Assembly (NCBI RefSeq): GCF_000186885.1
Contig: NC_014972.1
Coordinates: 1,410,001-1,442,000 of the forward strand
Source of the DNA: Desulfobulbus propionicus DSM 2032
GTDB lineage: Bacteria > Desulfobacterota > Desulfobulbia > Desulfobulbales > Desulfobulbaceae
DNA length: 32,000 nucleotides
Direction: 5' to 3'
A program made the translations under genes and the position numbers. Of this stretch, positions 9,229 through 20,952 are shown one piece after another (the first letter of the stretch is position 1; each line of letters begins with the position of its first letter). The notes below the pieces were generated by a model. The model made no database searches. It was given only the letters and a program-made list of their open reading frames with translations, and was not told the origin of the DNA.

Positions 9229-10182
9229 TCATCGGGAAGGGTTGATACCTGGTAAGGATGGGGGTGAATCGCAGGATGTATCAACCGAGCAGCCTTCTTG
9301 ATTTTCTGCTGGAGGGAGCAAAGGATTATTGATGGAGGTTGCACTTGAATGAATGTTGGGCAAGTTTTCTGATTTTCGACCATGGGTGGCGAGGCTGTCG
9401 AGGAAGGCAATACATGCGCTCTCTCCTTTGACAATTGAGAAGCCATTCGTTGTCCGGATTAAGAGAACAGGTATCTCTTCTATTCCCAGTGTGGTGAGCA
9501 GAGCCTTGTTTGCCCCAGCAGAGTATCGCGGATTCAAAATGACTTCAGGAACGGCAAGTGACGATATTGTGTCTATGGGATTAAAATGCATCGAGATAAC
9601 AGCATTATTCCGCATTGTCTTCAGGACTCGTTGACAGTGGCTGCATGTTGAAGAAAAGAAAAGATAGACTGTAGCAGTTGGTGATGCAATGATTCTGCTG
9701 GCAAAAACTCCATCGCGGATGGCGTTGGGATTCTTGTGGCTGCTGTTATATTCAAGGCTGGAAAAAGCAAGGAGAACTACGCCGAACACAAAAAAGCTCG
9801 TCAACAGTTGCTTGATTCCGGCTAGAACATTAAGCAGTGTAATAAATCCTAGAACGATCAGGCAATATGTGCAGAATGTTCCGGCTATTATCTGCTGAAA
9901 ACCAACAAGAACCCCTTCAGCGGCAAGCCCTGCGAGGAGGAGCAAACGGACCAATTGTGCTCGGTTTGCCCCCTCATCGTTAATTCGGAACAGGCACCAG
10001 AACACTGCTTGAAAAAAGAATAGCCCGGTAAAATTGAACCACAGTGGTGGAACTTTGGTTAATTGGTCAACCACTTGACAACCTTGGCTCAAACACAATC
10101 CTTCCTGGCCAAGAAGCAGAATAATAATCTGGGCGGCAACCATTAGGCTGGCGAGTAAAGCTGCCCATTTAACTCTTTGCAT
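9229..10182 (-). CDS. vitamin K epoxide reductase (VKOR) family protein fused to thioredoxin-like domain
   Basis: Multi-TM; CLSQGC, FCTYC; thioredoxin-like TVYLFFSSTCSHCQRVL. Annotated start is internal to a 440-aa open frame (10182, alternative 10209). Confidence 0.82.
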   Translation of the reverse strand: MQRVKWAALLASLMVAAQIIILLLGQEGLCLSQGCQVVDQLTKVPPLWFNFTGLFFFQAVFWCLFRINDEGANRAQLVRLLLLAGLAAEGVLVGFQQIIAGTFCTYCLIVLGFITLLNVLAGIKQLLTSFFVFGVVLLAFSSLEYNSSHKNPNAIRDGVFASRIIASPTATVYLFFSSTCSHCQRVLKTMRNNAVISMHFNPIDTISSLAVPEVILNPRYSAGANKALLTTLGIEEIPVLLIRTTNGFSIVKGESACIAFLDSLATHGRKSENLPNIHSSATSINNPLLPPAENQEGCSVDTSCDSPPSLPGINPSR

Positions 10183-10321
10183 GCGCAGCCATTTATTTTT
10201 TCTATACATACCAGAGCATTTCAAGCAATATATAATAATTTCAGTCGAATGCAACTTTTGCCAAATCGTTGAACGAGATTTCCGCTTGACAATAATTGTT
10301 GGTTGATTTACCAAATGACAA

Positions 10322-10657
10322 ATGGAAAAGCAACGACCGACTGAAAAAGAGATGGCCCTTGTTGAAGCGAAAGCCAACGTCCTGAAAGCATTGGGCCACC
10401 CAACAAGACTGTGGATGGCCGAACAGCTTGCCGATGGGGAAAAATGTGTTTGCGAATTGGCTGAGTTCATCGACGCCGATTTTTCGACCATTTCAAAACA
10501 TCTGTCTGTCCTTAAACAGGCGGGGGTGGTCGACGATGAGAAGCGGGGCAAGCAGGTTTATTATCGGCTTAAAGTGCCGTGCATTCTCAAGTATATGTCG
10601 TGCGTCGAGGCTGTCATCAAAGCAAGCGTGAAAGAACAGGTTGAGATGCTAGCATAA
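10322..10657 (+). CDS. ArsR/SmtB-family metalloregulator
   Basis: 111 aa: VLKALGHPTRLWMAEQLADGEKCVCELAEFIDADFSTISKHLSVLKQAG; additional Cys pair VPCILKYMSC. Confidence 0.93.
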   Translation: MEKQRPTEKEMALVEAKANVLKALGHPTRLWMAEQLADGEKCVCELAEFIDADFSTISKHLSVLKQAGVVDDEKRGKQVYYRLKVPCILKYMSCVEAVIKASVKEQVEMLA

Positions 10658-10717
10658 TCTGCAAGTATCTTTTTGCTTTTTATATGGTCACTTGGCCAAA
10701 CAAGCAATGGTGTAATT

Positions 10718-12019
10718 ATGGAATGGAAGGTTGAGTGGAAATATCTCCTTTTGATCATTGGTGTTTTTCTCGCCTGTTATTATCTGCCCGTGGGGACGGA
10801 GCGGTTTGACAATGCCATTCTAGAGGCCTTCCATCTCGTCAAATGGTATGCGCAAGAACATGTTCTGCTCTGCCTGGTCCCGGCCTTCTTTATCGCCGGG
10901 GCGATTGGAGTTTTCGTCAGTCAGACCTCGGTCATGAAATACCTCGGCCCGACCGCCAACAAGGTGATCGCCTATGGCGTGGCCGCTGTTTCCGGCACCA
11001 TCCTTGCGGTGTGTTCCTGTACTATCCTTCCCTTGTTCAGCGGTATTTACAGGATGGGGGCTGGACTTGGACCAGCCTGCGCTTTTCTCTATTCCGGTCC
11101 GGCTATCAATGTGTTGGCCATCATTCTCACAGCACGAATTCTTGGCACTGAAATAGGTGTTGCCAGAGGTGTAGGAGCCGTCCTGTTTAGCGTGATTATT
11201 GGTGCGCTCATGGCATTTATTTTCCGTAGTGAAGAACAGGAAAAAGCAACAGTCCAAATGGCCTTACCCGAAGAGGAAGTCAAACGTTCTCTCTTGCAGA
11301 ATGCTCTCTATTTTGCCTCGATGGTAGGGGTTCTGGTTTTTGCTAACTGGGGTAAGCCGCAGGAACCTGTGGGTGTCTGGGCAACCATCTATGCCATGAA
11401 ATGGATGATCACCTCAGGATTTGCCGCAGCTTTGGGCTTGATCCTGATTGTTTGGTTTAAAATGAGGGCTTGGAAAGTCGGTCTGATCGCCGCTCCTGTG
11501 GTGGCCTTTGCAATGTTCTTCCCAGAGCAGCCTGTGGTGGCCTTTGCAGCAGGTTTTGTTGGATTATCCATTTTCACCAGCACAGATAAGGACGAATTAG
11601 GGGATTGGTTCTCCTCTTCATGGGGATTTGCTAAGCAAATTTTACCATTATTGCTCTTTGGCGTGCTGATAGCCGGCGCTTTGCTGGGTCGTGTTGGTCA
11701 CGAAGGCCTTATACCTTCAGAATGGGTTGCCAAAGCCGTGGGCGGCAACTCTCTTCTAGCCAATTTTTTTGCCTCCTTCGCCGGAGCTTTCATGTATTTC
11801 GCCACTTTGACTGAAGTTCCGATCGTCCAAGGGCTCATCGGCAGCGGCATGGGCAAGGGACCTGCGTTGGCACTACTTCTCGCTGGCCCTGCTTTGAGCC
11901 TACCCAATATGCTGGTGATCAATAGTGTCCTTGGAGTGAAAAAAACAGTCACCTTTGTCAGTTTGGTGATTGTGATGGCCACTTTTTGCGGCATGTTGTT
12001 TGGCTCGTTTTTTAACTAA
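10718..12019 (+). CDS. ArsP/DUF318-superfamily permease
   Basis: MEWKVEWKYLLLIIGVFLACYYLP..., GTILAVCSCTILPLFSGIYRMGAGLGPACAFLYSGPAINVLA. Confidence 0.88.
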   Translation: MEWKVEWKYLLLIIGVFLACYYLPVGTERFDNAILEAFHLVKWYAQEHVLLCLVPAFFIAGAIGVFVSQTSVMKYLGPTANKVIAYGVAAVSGTILAVCSCTILPLFSGIYRMGAGLGPACAFLYSGPAINVLAIILTARILGTEIGVARGVGAVLFSVIIGALMAFIFRSEEQEKATVQMALPEEEVKRSLLQNALYFASMVGVLVFANWGKPQEPVGVWATIYAMKWMITSGFAAALGLILIVWFKMRAWKVGLIAAPVVAFAMFFPEQPVVAFAAGFVGLSIFTSTDKDELGDWFSSSWGFAKQILPLLLFGVLIAGALLGRVGHEGLIPSEWVAKAVGGNSLLANFFASFAGAFMYFATLTEVPIVQGLIGSGMGKGPALALLLAGPALSLPNMLVINSVLGVKKTVTFVSLVIVMATFCGMLFGSFFN

Positions 12020-12038
12020 TTCAACGGAGAAAAAGACA

Positions 12039-12272
12039 ATGAAAGTTCAAATTTTAGGCCCGGGATGCGCCAAATGTACCAAGCTTATGGATACTGCGGC
12101 AGCAGCCGCTCAAGAACTGGGCATTGCCTGTGAATTTGAGAAGATTTCGGACGTGAATCAAATCATGGGATTCGGCGTTATGATGACCCCAGGTCTTGTG
12201 GTCGACGGGGAAGTGAAAAGCGTCGGCAAGGTGCCATCGCTGGAAGAAATGAAAAAACTATTAAAGAAGTGA
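12039..12272 (+). CDS. mini-thioredoxin / redox-active disulfide protein
   Basis: MKVQILGPGCAKCTKLMDTAAAAAQELG, CAKC motif, MMTPGLVVDGE. Confidence 0.9.
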   Translation: MKVQILGPGCAKCTKLMDTAAAAAQELGIACEFEKISDVNQIMGFGVMMTPGLVVDGEVKSVGKVPSLEEMKKLLKK

Positions 12273-12285
12273 AGAGGAGAAAGCA

Positions 12286-12675
12286 ATGAGTGCAATGCAA
12301 ACCGGATGCGGTTGTTCCTGCGGTGGTGGGGATGCAGGACCAAAAGTCATTTTTTCCTGTTCAGGGTGTGCCGATGTTGGTGAACTCGCTGATCAGGCTG
12401 CACGTAAATTGACCAGGGATGGCGCGGGCAAAATGGCTTGCCTGGCAGGGATTAGTGGCAAGGTCAGTGGCATCGTAAAATCTGCCGAGGCTGCGCAGTC
12501 AATTCTGGCCATAGATGGCTGCCCACTCGACTGCACCCGCAAGACCTTGGAGATTGCCGGGTTCTCCAGAGTTAACCATCTTCGCTTGAGTGATCTTGGC
12601 TTTGAGAAGGGGGATACGGAGGTGTCCCGTGCGTCTATTGCCTCGGTCATCAGCAAAGCAATGATCTACCTTTAA
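12286..12675 (+). CDS. DGC-domain Cys-rich putative zinc-binding protein
   Basis: TGCGCSCGGGD, VIFSCSGCADVGELADQAARKL, AIDGCPLDCTRKTLE. Confidence 0.85.
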   Translation: MSAMQTGCGCSCGGGDAGPKVIFSCSGCADVGELADQAARKLTRDGAGKMACLAGISGKVSGIVKSAEAAQSILAIDGCPLDCTRKTLEIAGFSRVNHLRLSDLGFEKGDTEVSRASIASVISKAMIYL

Positions 12676-12690
12676 GCGTAGGAGTCGACG

Positions 12691-13086
12691 GTGCGAACGT
12701 ATTCTTTCCCGGGTGCCTTGATGGCTCTCGCCCTATTTGTATCTATTGGACTCTTTGCGCTCTCCCAAACGCCAGTCATGGCAGAGCCTTTGCCAGAAGT
12801 ACCAGCCCCCGGCCTGGTGACCATAGTCGACATTGGGGCTAAAAAATGCATCCCCTGCAAGATGATGGCCCCCATCCTCGAAGAGTTGACCAAAGAATAT
12901 CAAGGACGTGCAGCGGTCATCTTCATAGATGTCTGGGAAAAGCCTGAAGCGGGACCTAAATTTGGTATACGGGCTATCCCTACACAGATCTTTTATGACG
13001 CGCAAGGCAAAGAAGTAACCCGTCATGAGGGCTTTTTGGATAAGCAATCCATTGTCAGCATGTTCACCAAATTAGGGGTCAAGTAA
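12691..13086 (+). CDS. exported thioredoxin-family protein (GTG start)
   Basis: N-terminal hydrophobic signal, GAKKCIPCKMMAPILEELTKEYQG, FGIRAIPTQIFYDAQGKEV. Confidence 0.9.
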   Translation: MRTYSFPGALMALALFVSIGLFALSQTPVMAEPLPEVPAPGLVTIVDIGAKKCIPCKMMAPILEELTKEYQGRAAVIFIDVWEKPEAGPKFGIRAIPTQIFYDAQGKEVTRHEGFLDKQSIVSMFTKLGVK

Positions 13087-13088
13087 CC

Positions 13089-13796
13089 ATGGATCAGGTC
13101 TTTCTCACCATCAATGCCTGGATGACTCAGGGCCTCCTCTTGGGGGCCTTGGGCTGTTTTCTCTGGGGCATGGTCAGCGTTTTGTTCAGTCCCTGTCACT
13201 TGGCCTCCATCCCCCTTATTGTCAGTTATGTGGCGGGACAGAATCAAATCGTGGCAGGAAAGAAGGCTGTTCTTTATGCCGTGGCATTTACCATCGGTTT
13301 ATTTATCACCATCGCCACCATTGGCGTTGTTTGCACCTTGCTTGGGCGCATGCTTGGCGATGTCGGACCCTATATGAGCATCGCTGTGGGTGCAATTCTT
13401 GTCTGGGTTTCCCTGGATATCCTCGGCGTGGCCAAATGCTCCATGTCCAGTGGACTTATGGCGAAGATTAAGGTGAAAGGGTTGTTTGGCGCGCTCGTTC
13501 TTGGTTTAGCCTACGGTATTCTTTCCGGATCGTGCACCTTCGGCTTTATTGCCCCCATTCTTGCTATCATTACCGTGCAACAGAAAATCCTCACCGGAGT
13601 CGTTTTCATCCTTCTCTTTGGGATTGGCCATTGCATTCCCATTGCCGTTGCCGGCAGCTCCACCGCCATGGTCAAACGATTTCTGGAAAACAGCGCCTGG
13701 CAACAAGGAAGCGGCCTTTTCCGTAAACTTGCCGGTGTTTGTATTGGCGCCTTGGGGATTTATTTCATTAGCCAACCGCTCATGGCAATAGTGTAG
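13089..13796 (+). CDS. ccdA: CcdA/DsbD-type transmembrane electron-transfer protein
   Basis: 235 aa, FSPCHLASIPLIVSYVAG, GILSGSCTFGFIAPILAII. Confidence 0.88.
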   Translation: MDQVFLTINAWMTQGLLLGALGCFLWGMVSVLFSPCHLASIPLIVSYVAGQNQIVAGKKAVLYAVAFTIGLFITIATIGVVCTLLGRMLGDVGPYMSIAVGAILVWVSLDILGVAKCSMSSGLMAKIKVKGLFGALVLGLAYGILSGSCTFGFIAPILAIITVQQKILTGVVFILLFGIGHCIPIAVAGSSTAMVKRFLENSAWQQGSGLFRKLAGVCIGALGIYFISQPLMAIV

Positions 13797-13831
13797 TTCG
13801 ACCAGGATGGTTCACGGGGAAGGAGACTTCC

Positions 13832-14719
13832 ATGTTCAACCGGTTCATCGTCGCAACGGATTTATCCCCGGCATCCTTTGCAATGGTGCAGCACATTGGG
13901 AACCTGAAGCTCTGTGGTGCTCGTCATTGCCTGCTTTTGCAGTGCCTCTCGCCTGAAGAATATGATTCGACAGTCTTCGCTTATGACACCAAGGTGTTGA
14001 GCAATATCCTCCGACAACAGAAGGAAATTCTGAAAAATCAGGGATATTCAGTTGAAACGCGTGTTGTATCGGGCAACACGAAACATCAGCTTAATCAGAT
14101 AGCCCTGCGAGAAAATTACGCCCTCTTTGTGGTGGGGACACGGGAATATTCCCTTATCGGTGAGAGCTTTTTGGGGGGTGGTGCCAACGATGTAATGCAC
14201 CATGCTTGTAAACCCGTTTTACGCCTGCGGGGCGACTTGGGAACAGGAGAGAAAAATTATGCCACCAACCATTTCAGATTCAATGAGCATGTGCTTTACC
14301 CCACCGACTTCTCCGACAATTCAACTCGTGCGTTCAGGTACGTCAAAGAGCTGGTGGCCTGTGGTGCACAAAGGGTAACGCTTTTTCATGTTCAGAAACC
14401 ACAACATGGCCACAGTCAAAAGGTTCGGCCAGGTGATGCAGGTGATAGTCCCTTGCAGTATTTGAAAGATTTGCAGGAGGCTCTGCGAGGTATTGGCAAA
14501 GCCAAAATTCGAATTGAAATGCGTGAGGGCTCACCAACGCCGGAAATTCTTCGCTGGATGCTGGAGCACGAAGTGCAATTGGTCGTCATGGCATCCCATT
14601 GCCGAAACATGGTTGAAGAATTCTTTGTTGGCAGCGTGAGCCACGATATTGCCCGTCATGCAGAGGCCAGTGTGCTTTTTATCCCTTCGGTACACCCCAA
14701 TTCGTGGTCGGTTCAATAG
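13832..14719 (+). CDS. universal stress protein, tandem UspA-like
   Basis: FNRFIVATDLSPASFAMVQHI and second half EHVLYPTDFSDNSTRAFRYVKEL ... VQLVVMASHCRNMVEEFFVGSVSHDIARHAEASVLFI. Confidence 0.85.
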   Translation: MFNRFIVATDLSPASFAMVQHIGNLKLCGARHCLLLQCLSPEEYDSTVFAYDTKVLSNILRQQKEILKNQGYSVETRVVSGNTKHQLNQIALRENYALFVVGTREYSLIGESFLGGGANDVMHHACKPVLRLRGDLGTGEKNYATNHFRFNEHVLYPTDFSDNSTRAFRYVKELVACGAQRVTLFHVQKPQHGHSQKVRPGDAGDSPLQYLKDLQEALRGIGKAKIRIEMREGSPTPEILRWMLEHEVQLVVMASHCRNMVEEFFVGSVSHDIARHAEASVLFIPSVHPNSWSVQ

Positions 14720-14857
14720 CAATCATGTCGGCACTTTTCAAAAGAACAATTTGGCAGGCGGTTGCCACGGTGTTTTGGCGGCCTTGCCAGGTGAACGCAT
14801 AAAAAACATATCTGTGTGTTCGTAATCCGCGATTCGCAATTAGATTGGAGGTTGGTT

Positions 14858-16159
14858 TTGAACGATACGCTGTTGCAATGGGCTGGATGTTGTTTGGCGC
14901 TCATGTTGCTGGCCGGTGGCTGCGCCAACAAGGAGCAAGGAGAACAGTCGGTCTCTGTCACCGACAAGGTGACTAGCAGCTCATCCACAACCACAAACTA
15001 CAAGGGAAAGGTCGCGAGTTTCTCCAAACGAGCCCAAGCCATATTTTTAACAGTCGGGTCGGGCGCTAACGCACAAACAGTCCGGGTAAAATTCGATGAC
15101 GCAACCAAAGGCGTCGATGAGATCGCAGAAGGCCATTTTGTCACCATCGACTACGAGTTGAGGGATGGCGAGGCCTATGCCACCAGTGTCCAACAAAATA
15201 AAGCGACTCTGCCTGAGGGTGTGACCAATATAGACACCGATGAGCTGTTGCGACTCATCCGGGAACGGGCCTCGTTTGTCCTGGTGGACCCTCGGCCGAT
15301 GGATCGTTACAAGCAATCACATCTCCCCGGCGCGGTCTCCATTTCGATCGATTTATCCGAACAGCAGCAAACCGAGCTACTGCCACAGGATAAAAATACG
15401 CTCTTGGTGTTCTATGATGGCGGACACGGTCGCGGCACGGCCATAACCAGTGCTGCGGCAGCCAAAAATAAAGGATTTGCGAACGTCCGGGTCTACACAA
15501 CGGGCCGGGCGGCCTGGATGGACGCTTCTTTGCCCACCTACTCCACCAGGGAGTATATCCAGAGCGGCAATGTCCTCGTGATCGATACACGCCCTAAAAA
15601 AACGAGTGCGGTCGGTCGAATCAAGGGAGCCTACACCTTGTCTGTCGATACAATCAATGCAACCCTGCGTGATTTGCCCCGTGACGCGCCCATCGTGCTG
15701 TATGGCGACGAGGCAACAAAAGCACTGGAGTTGCTGACCGATGAGGGTTTCACCGCTGTAACGCTCCTGGATGGTGGATATGCGAGTTGGGTTGAAGCAG
15801 GGAGCAAGATTGAGAAAGGGCCGATCTCTACCGCCAAGATCAAATGGGAACGGAAGCTGGAAACGGGCGAGGTGTCGCTGGACGATTTCCGCAAGGCCGT
15901 CTCTGGCAAAGAAAAAGATATTCTTCTCATTGATGTACGTGGCCGTGATGAAATCGGCAAGCAGCCACTCATTACTAACGCCATCAATATCCCCCTGGAT
16001 GAACTCCCCGCGCAAGAAGCCACGTTGCCCAAGGACAAGATGATGTATCTTTACTGCTCCACCGGAGCGCGTGCCAAAATGGCGTACAACGAACTGGCAA
16101 ACGCCGGCTTCAAAGCCAAATTCCTGCGCATGAATATCAAAGATCTTTCTGCCAGATAA
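14858..16159 (+). CDS. lipoprotein with three rhodanese-like domains (TTG start, SD GGAGG at 14847-14851)
   Basis: Lipobox ALMLLAGGC; rhodanese-like segments FVLVDPRPMDRYKQSHLPGAVSI, VLVIDTRPKKTSAVGRIKGAYTL and ILLIDVRGRDEIGKQPLITNAINIPLDEL...YLYCSTGARAKMA. Confidence 0.85.
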   Translation: MNDTLLQWAGCCLALMLLAGGCANKEQGEQSVSVTDKVTSSSSTTTNYKGKVASFSKRAQAIFLTVGSGANAQTVRVKFDDATKGVDEIAEGHFVTIDYELRDGEAYATSVQQNKATLPEGVTNIDTDELLRLIRERASFVLVDPRPMDRYKQSHLPGAVSISIDLSEQQQTELLPQDKNTLLVFYDGGHGRGTAITSAAAAKNKGFANVRVYTTGRAAWMDASLPTYSTREYIQSGNVLVIDTRPKKTSAVGRIKGAYTLSVDTINATLRDLPRDAPIVLYGDEATKALELLTDEGFTAVTLLDGGYASWVEAGSKIEKGPISTAKIKWERKLETGEVSLDDFRKAVSGKEKDILLIDVRGRDEIGKQPLITNAINIPLDELPAQEATLPKDKMMYLYCSTGARAKMAYNELANAGFKAKFLRMNIKDLSAR

Positions 16160-16170
16160 GGAGATTTATT

Positions 16171-17172
16171 TTGGCACACGATCATTGTCACAACCATAAT
16201 CACCATCACGCCCCCGATAATTTCAATCGGGCTTTTGCCATCGGTATAGTGCTCAATTTGTTGTTTGTCGGAGTGGAGGCTGGGTACGGCCTGTTTGCCG
16301 ATTCATTGGCCCTGGTGGCCGATGCGGGACACAACTTGAGCGATGTTATGACCCTGCTCATCGCTTGGGCGGCCATGGCAGTTGCCAAGCGGTCAGCAAC
16401 GGCAAAACATACCTATGGGTTCAAAAAAGGAACTATTCTTGTCTCTCTTGGCAGCGCACTGTTTCTCTATGCGGCCATTGGAGTGATCATTTGGGAGGCA
16501 TTCGGACGGCTGCTGTCACCGGTTCCCGTTCACGGCATGACAATCACCGTGGTTGCTGCCATCGGCGTGGTCATCAATACCGTGACGGCCTTGTTATTCA
16601 TGGCGGGGCGCAAGAAGGATCTCAACCTCAAGGCTGCATTTCTCCACATGGCTGCGGATGCCATTGTCTCTGCCGGTGTGGTGGTGTCGGGATTGGTCAT
16701 CACGGCTACCGGTTGGAATATGCTCGATCCAGTATTATCCATCGTTATCGCGTTATTCATCCTCTTTGCCGGCTGGGGTTTGTTGAAAGACTCTCTCCAT
16801 CTCACCATGGCCGGGGTTCCTCCCCACATCAATGCGGAAAAAGTTCTGGATTATTTGACGGCCATTCCGGAAGTGCGGTGCGTCCACGACCTGCACATCT
16901 GGGCAACCAGTACCACGGAGAACGTCTTGACAGCGCATCTGATCATGCAATCTGGCGGGAGCGATGCATTCCTCCATGAAACAGCGGAATATCTGCACCA
17001 TCATTTCGATATTCACCATACAACCCTACAAATCGAACGTAGTGATATAGGGGGTGTTTGCCATACGGACCAGGGAAACGGGCAAGGGAACTGCTGGCCT
17101 GGGCGACTGGTCAATGTGGAGCAAAGAATGCAAGAAGAACACAGGCAAAGCTGCTCATGCACTGCATCGTGA
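16171..17172 (+). CDS. CDF (cation diffusion facilitator) exporter
   Basis: His-rich N-terminus MAHDHCHNHNHHHAP; LVADAGHNLSDV and HMAADAIVSAG (HxxxD) TM motifs. Confidence 0.93.
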   Translation: MAHDHCHNHNHHHAPDNFNRAFAIGIVLNLLFVGVEAGYGLFADSLALVADAGHNLSDVMTLLIAWAAMAVAKRSATAKHTYGFKKGTILVSLGSALFLYAAIGVIIWEAFGRLLSPVPVHGMTITVVAAIGVVINTVTALLFMAGRKKDLNLKAAFLHMAADAIVSAGVVVSGLVITATGWNMLDPVLSIVIALFILFAGWGLLKDSLHLTMAGVPPHINAEKVLDYLTAIPEVRCVHDLHIWATSTTENVLTAHLIMQSGGSDAFLHETAEYLHHHFDIHHTTLQIERSDIGGVCHTDQGNGQGNCWPGRLVNVEQRMQEEHRQSCSCTAS

Positions 17173-17214
17173 TAACGATGATTTTATAAAATCAAAACTA
17201 TTGCCAAGGAGAAT

Positions 17215-17679
17215 ATGATGAAGCGTTTCAGATTAATTGCGATGTTACTTTCTGTACTTTTAGTGAATGCTCCTCTATTTGCACAAGAGGAGAAAAACAT
17301 TTCATTTGATGACTATCTCAAATCGTTTGATTATAAAGAACGAAAAAATATGAAAATTGAAATCCCTGAAATGCTGGAACTCTACAAACAGGGATCTGCC
17401 CAAATTATCGATATTCGCTTTCCTGAAGAATATCAGGCATACAGTTTTAGTTTTATCAAGAGCATTCCGTTGAACGAACTTCCTGCGCGGCTCGCCGAAC
17501 TTGATAAAAACAAAATTATCGTCACCATTTGTCCTCATTACGACCGGGCAGAAATAGCACGAACTTACCTGACATTGAAAGGATATCGTTCAAAATATTT
17601 AGTCGATGGCGCGGTTGGGCTGGCCGAATATCTCAGAGGTGATAAGGCACGAGATTTTATCAATGCCATAAAAAAATAA
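17215..17679 (+). CDS. exported rhodanese-like protein
   Basis: Signal peptide; AQIIDIRFPEEYQAYSFSFIKSIPLNELPARL...VTICPHYDRAEIARTYLTLKGYRSKYLVDGAVG. Confidence 0.85.
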   Translation: MMKRFRLIAMLLSVLLVNAPLFAQEEKNISFDDYLKSFDYKERKNMKIEIPEMLELYKQGSAQIIDIRFPEEYQAYSFSFIKSIPLNELPARLAELDKNKIIVTICPHYDRAEIARTYLTLKGYRSKYLVDGAVGLAEYLRGDKARDFINAIKK

Positions 17680-17733
17680 GAGTGCGATCCTTTTGAACTG
17701 CATGCGGCTCACAGATACACACCTGCCTGTGCA

Positions 17734-18162
17734 ATGATCGGCATGATGAAAGCCATTGTCCAGCGATTACACTTTTGCGTAGGACTTGTCATGAGCATTT
17801 CCAGCACCGTTCATGCTCTCGAAGATGTCAAAATTATCGACAGAGTACAAACGGAACACCTTTTGCAACATGGCGCTGTCTTTATTGACAATCGCCCTGA
17901 ATATAAATTTTCCCTTGGCCATATCAAAGGAGCCATAAACCTTCCTTTTTTCATAGCCAATGACCCATCAAACAAGATGACCAAGGAGAATCTTTCCCTG
18001 GCCATTGGCAACAACGAGCTTGTCGTCTTTTACTGTACCGGCATGGAGCGCGCCTACCATGCCCTGAAACAGGCGCGACAATGGGGGATCACTGCTGAAA
18101 TGTATTGGTACAAGAATGGATTTGAAGAGTGGAAGATGTTTTACCCGCCGCACCTTGACTGA
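17734..18162 (+). CDS. exported rhodanese-like protein
   Basis: GAVFIDNRPEYKFSLGHIKGAINLPFFIAND...VVFYCTGMERAYHALKQARQWG. Confidence 0.85.
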   Translation: MIGMMKAIVQRLHFCVGLVMSISSTVHALEDVKIIDRVQTEHLLQHGAVFIDNRPEYKFSLGHIKGAINLPFFIANDPSNKMTKENLSLAIGNNELVVFYCTGMERAYHALKQARQWGITAEMYWYKNGFEEWKMFYPPHLD

Positions 18163-18221
18163 ACCCTTTGGCATGGCCCCTGAACCAGTATGCGACGGCA
18201 TAGTGAGGGAGATCAACGACA

Positions 18222-20320
<2,099 letters not shown>

Positions 20321-20324
<4 letters not shown>

Positions 20325-20635
20325 AGCCGTCCGACTATAACTCGAAGCACGAGAAAGGTCCGGCTCACAGTGCCAAGATTGATCGGGACGCGAGGCGCCG
20401 CCTGAAAGCACAACGGGAGAAGAATAAAAATATCTGGTACGGCATGGGTATGTTCGGCCTGGTGGGGTGGTCAATAGCCATTCCGACCCTGCTGGGAGTA
20501 GCTTTGGGGATGTGGATTGATCGCCGGTGGCCAAGCCCTTATTCCTGGACGTTGATGCTGCTCTTTGCTGGCCTGATGGTTGGCTGTATCAACAGCTGGC
20601 ACTGGATCAAACAAACAGGCAAGGACGACGAGTGA
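20321..20635 (+). CDS. atpQ: N-ATPase AtpQ / AtpI-like two-TM protein
   Basis: IWYGMGMFGLVGWSIAIPTLLGVALGMWIDRRWPSPYSWTLMLLFAGLMVGCINSWHWI; position after atpC. Confidence 0.85.
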
Positions 20636-20637
20636 GG

Positions 20638-20952
20638 ATGACCATGGAATACGCTGTTGTGTTTCTCGCCGGCATAGCCTTGGGTTGCTTTTATTTTGGC
20701 GGCTTATGGCTGACCACGCGCTCCGTGGCGCGAGTGCCCAAGGGGCAGGTACAGCTCATATCTTCGTTTTCGCCGGCATTGAAAATGTTCCTGAGTTTCA
20801 TTGGCAGGATGGGTGTCACCCTGGCGGGCATGTACTGGTTGATGCAGGGAAATTGGATCCGTGCGCTTATGGCCTTGCTGGGCATCCTGCTGGCCCGGTT
20901 TCTCGTCAAATACTGGGTAAGCTCCGTGGTGCGGAAGGAGGTGTCCGAATGA
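20638..20952 (+). CDS. atpR: N-ATPase accessory membrane protein AtpR
   Basis: MTMEYAVVFLAGIALGCFYFGGLWLTTRSVARVPKG...; short hydrophobic protein between atpQ and atpB. Confidence 0.85.
   Translation: MTMEYAVVFLAGIALGCFYFGGLWLTTRSVARVPKGQVQLISSFSPALKMFLSFIGRMGVTLAGMYWLMQGNWIRALMALLGILLARFLVKYWVSSVVRKEVSE

Noticed and set aside
10183-10551. N-terminal extension of the 440-aa ORF containing the VKOR protein
   Set aside because: Overlaps arsR2 antisense and lacks homology-like sequence; the real start is near 10182 (or 10209).
15377-16015. 212-aa ORF on the minus strand
   Set aside because: Antisense to the triple-rhodanese gene, no recognisable motif; explained by codon bias.
20580-20948. 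N-terminal extension of the AtpB ORF
   Set aside because: Overlaps atpQ and atpR; subunit a begins MTISPDAIIYFYLGPF at 20949.
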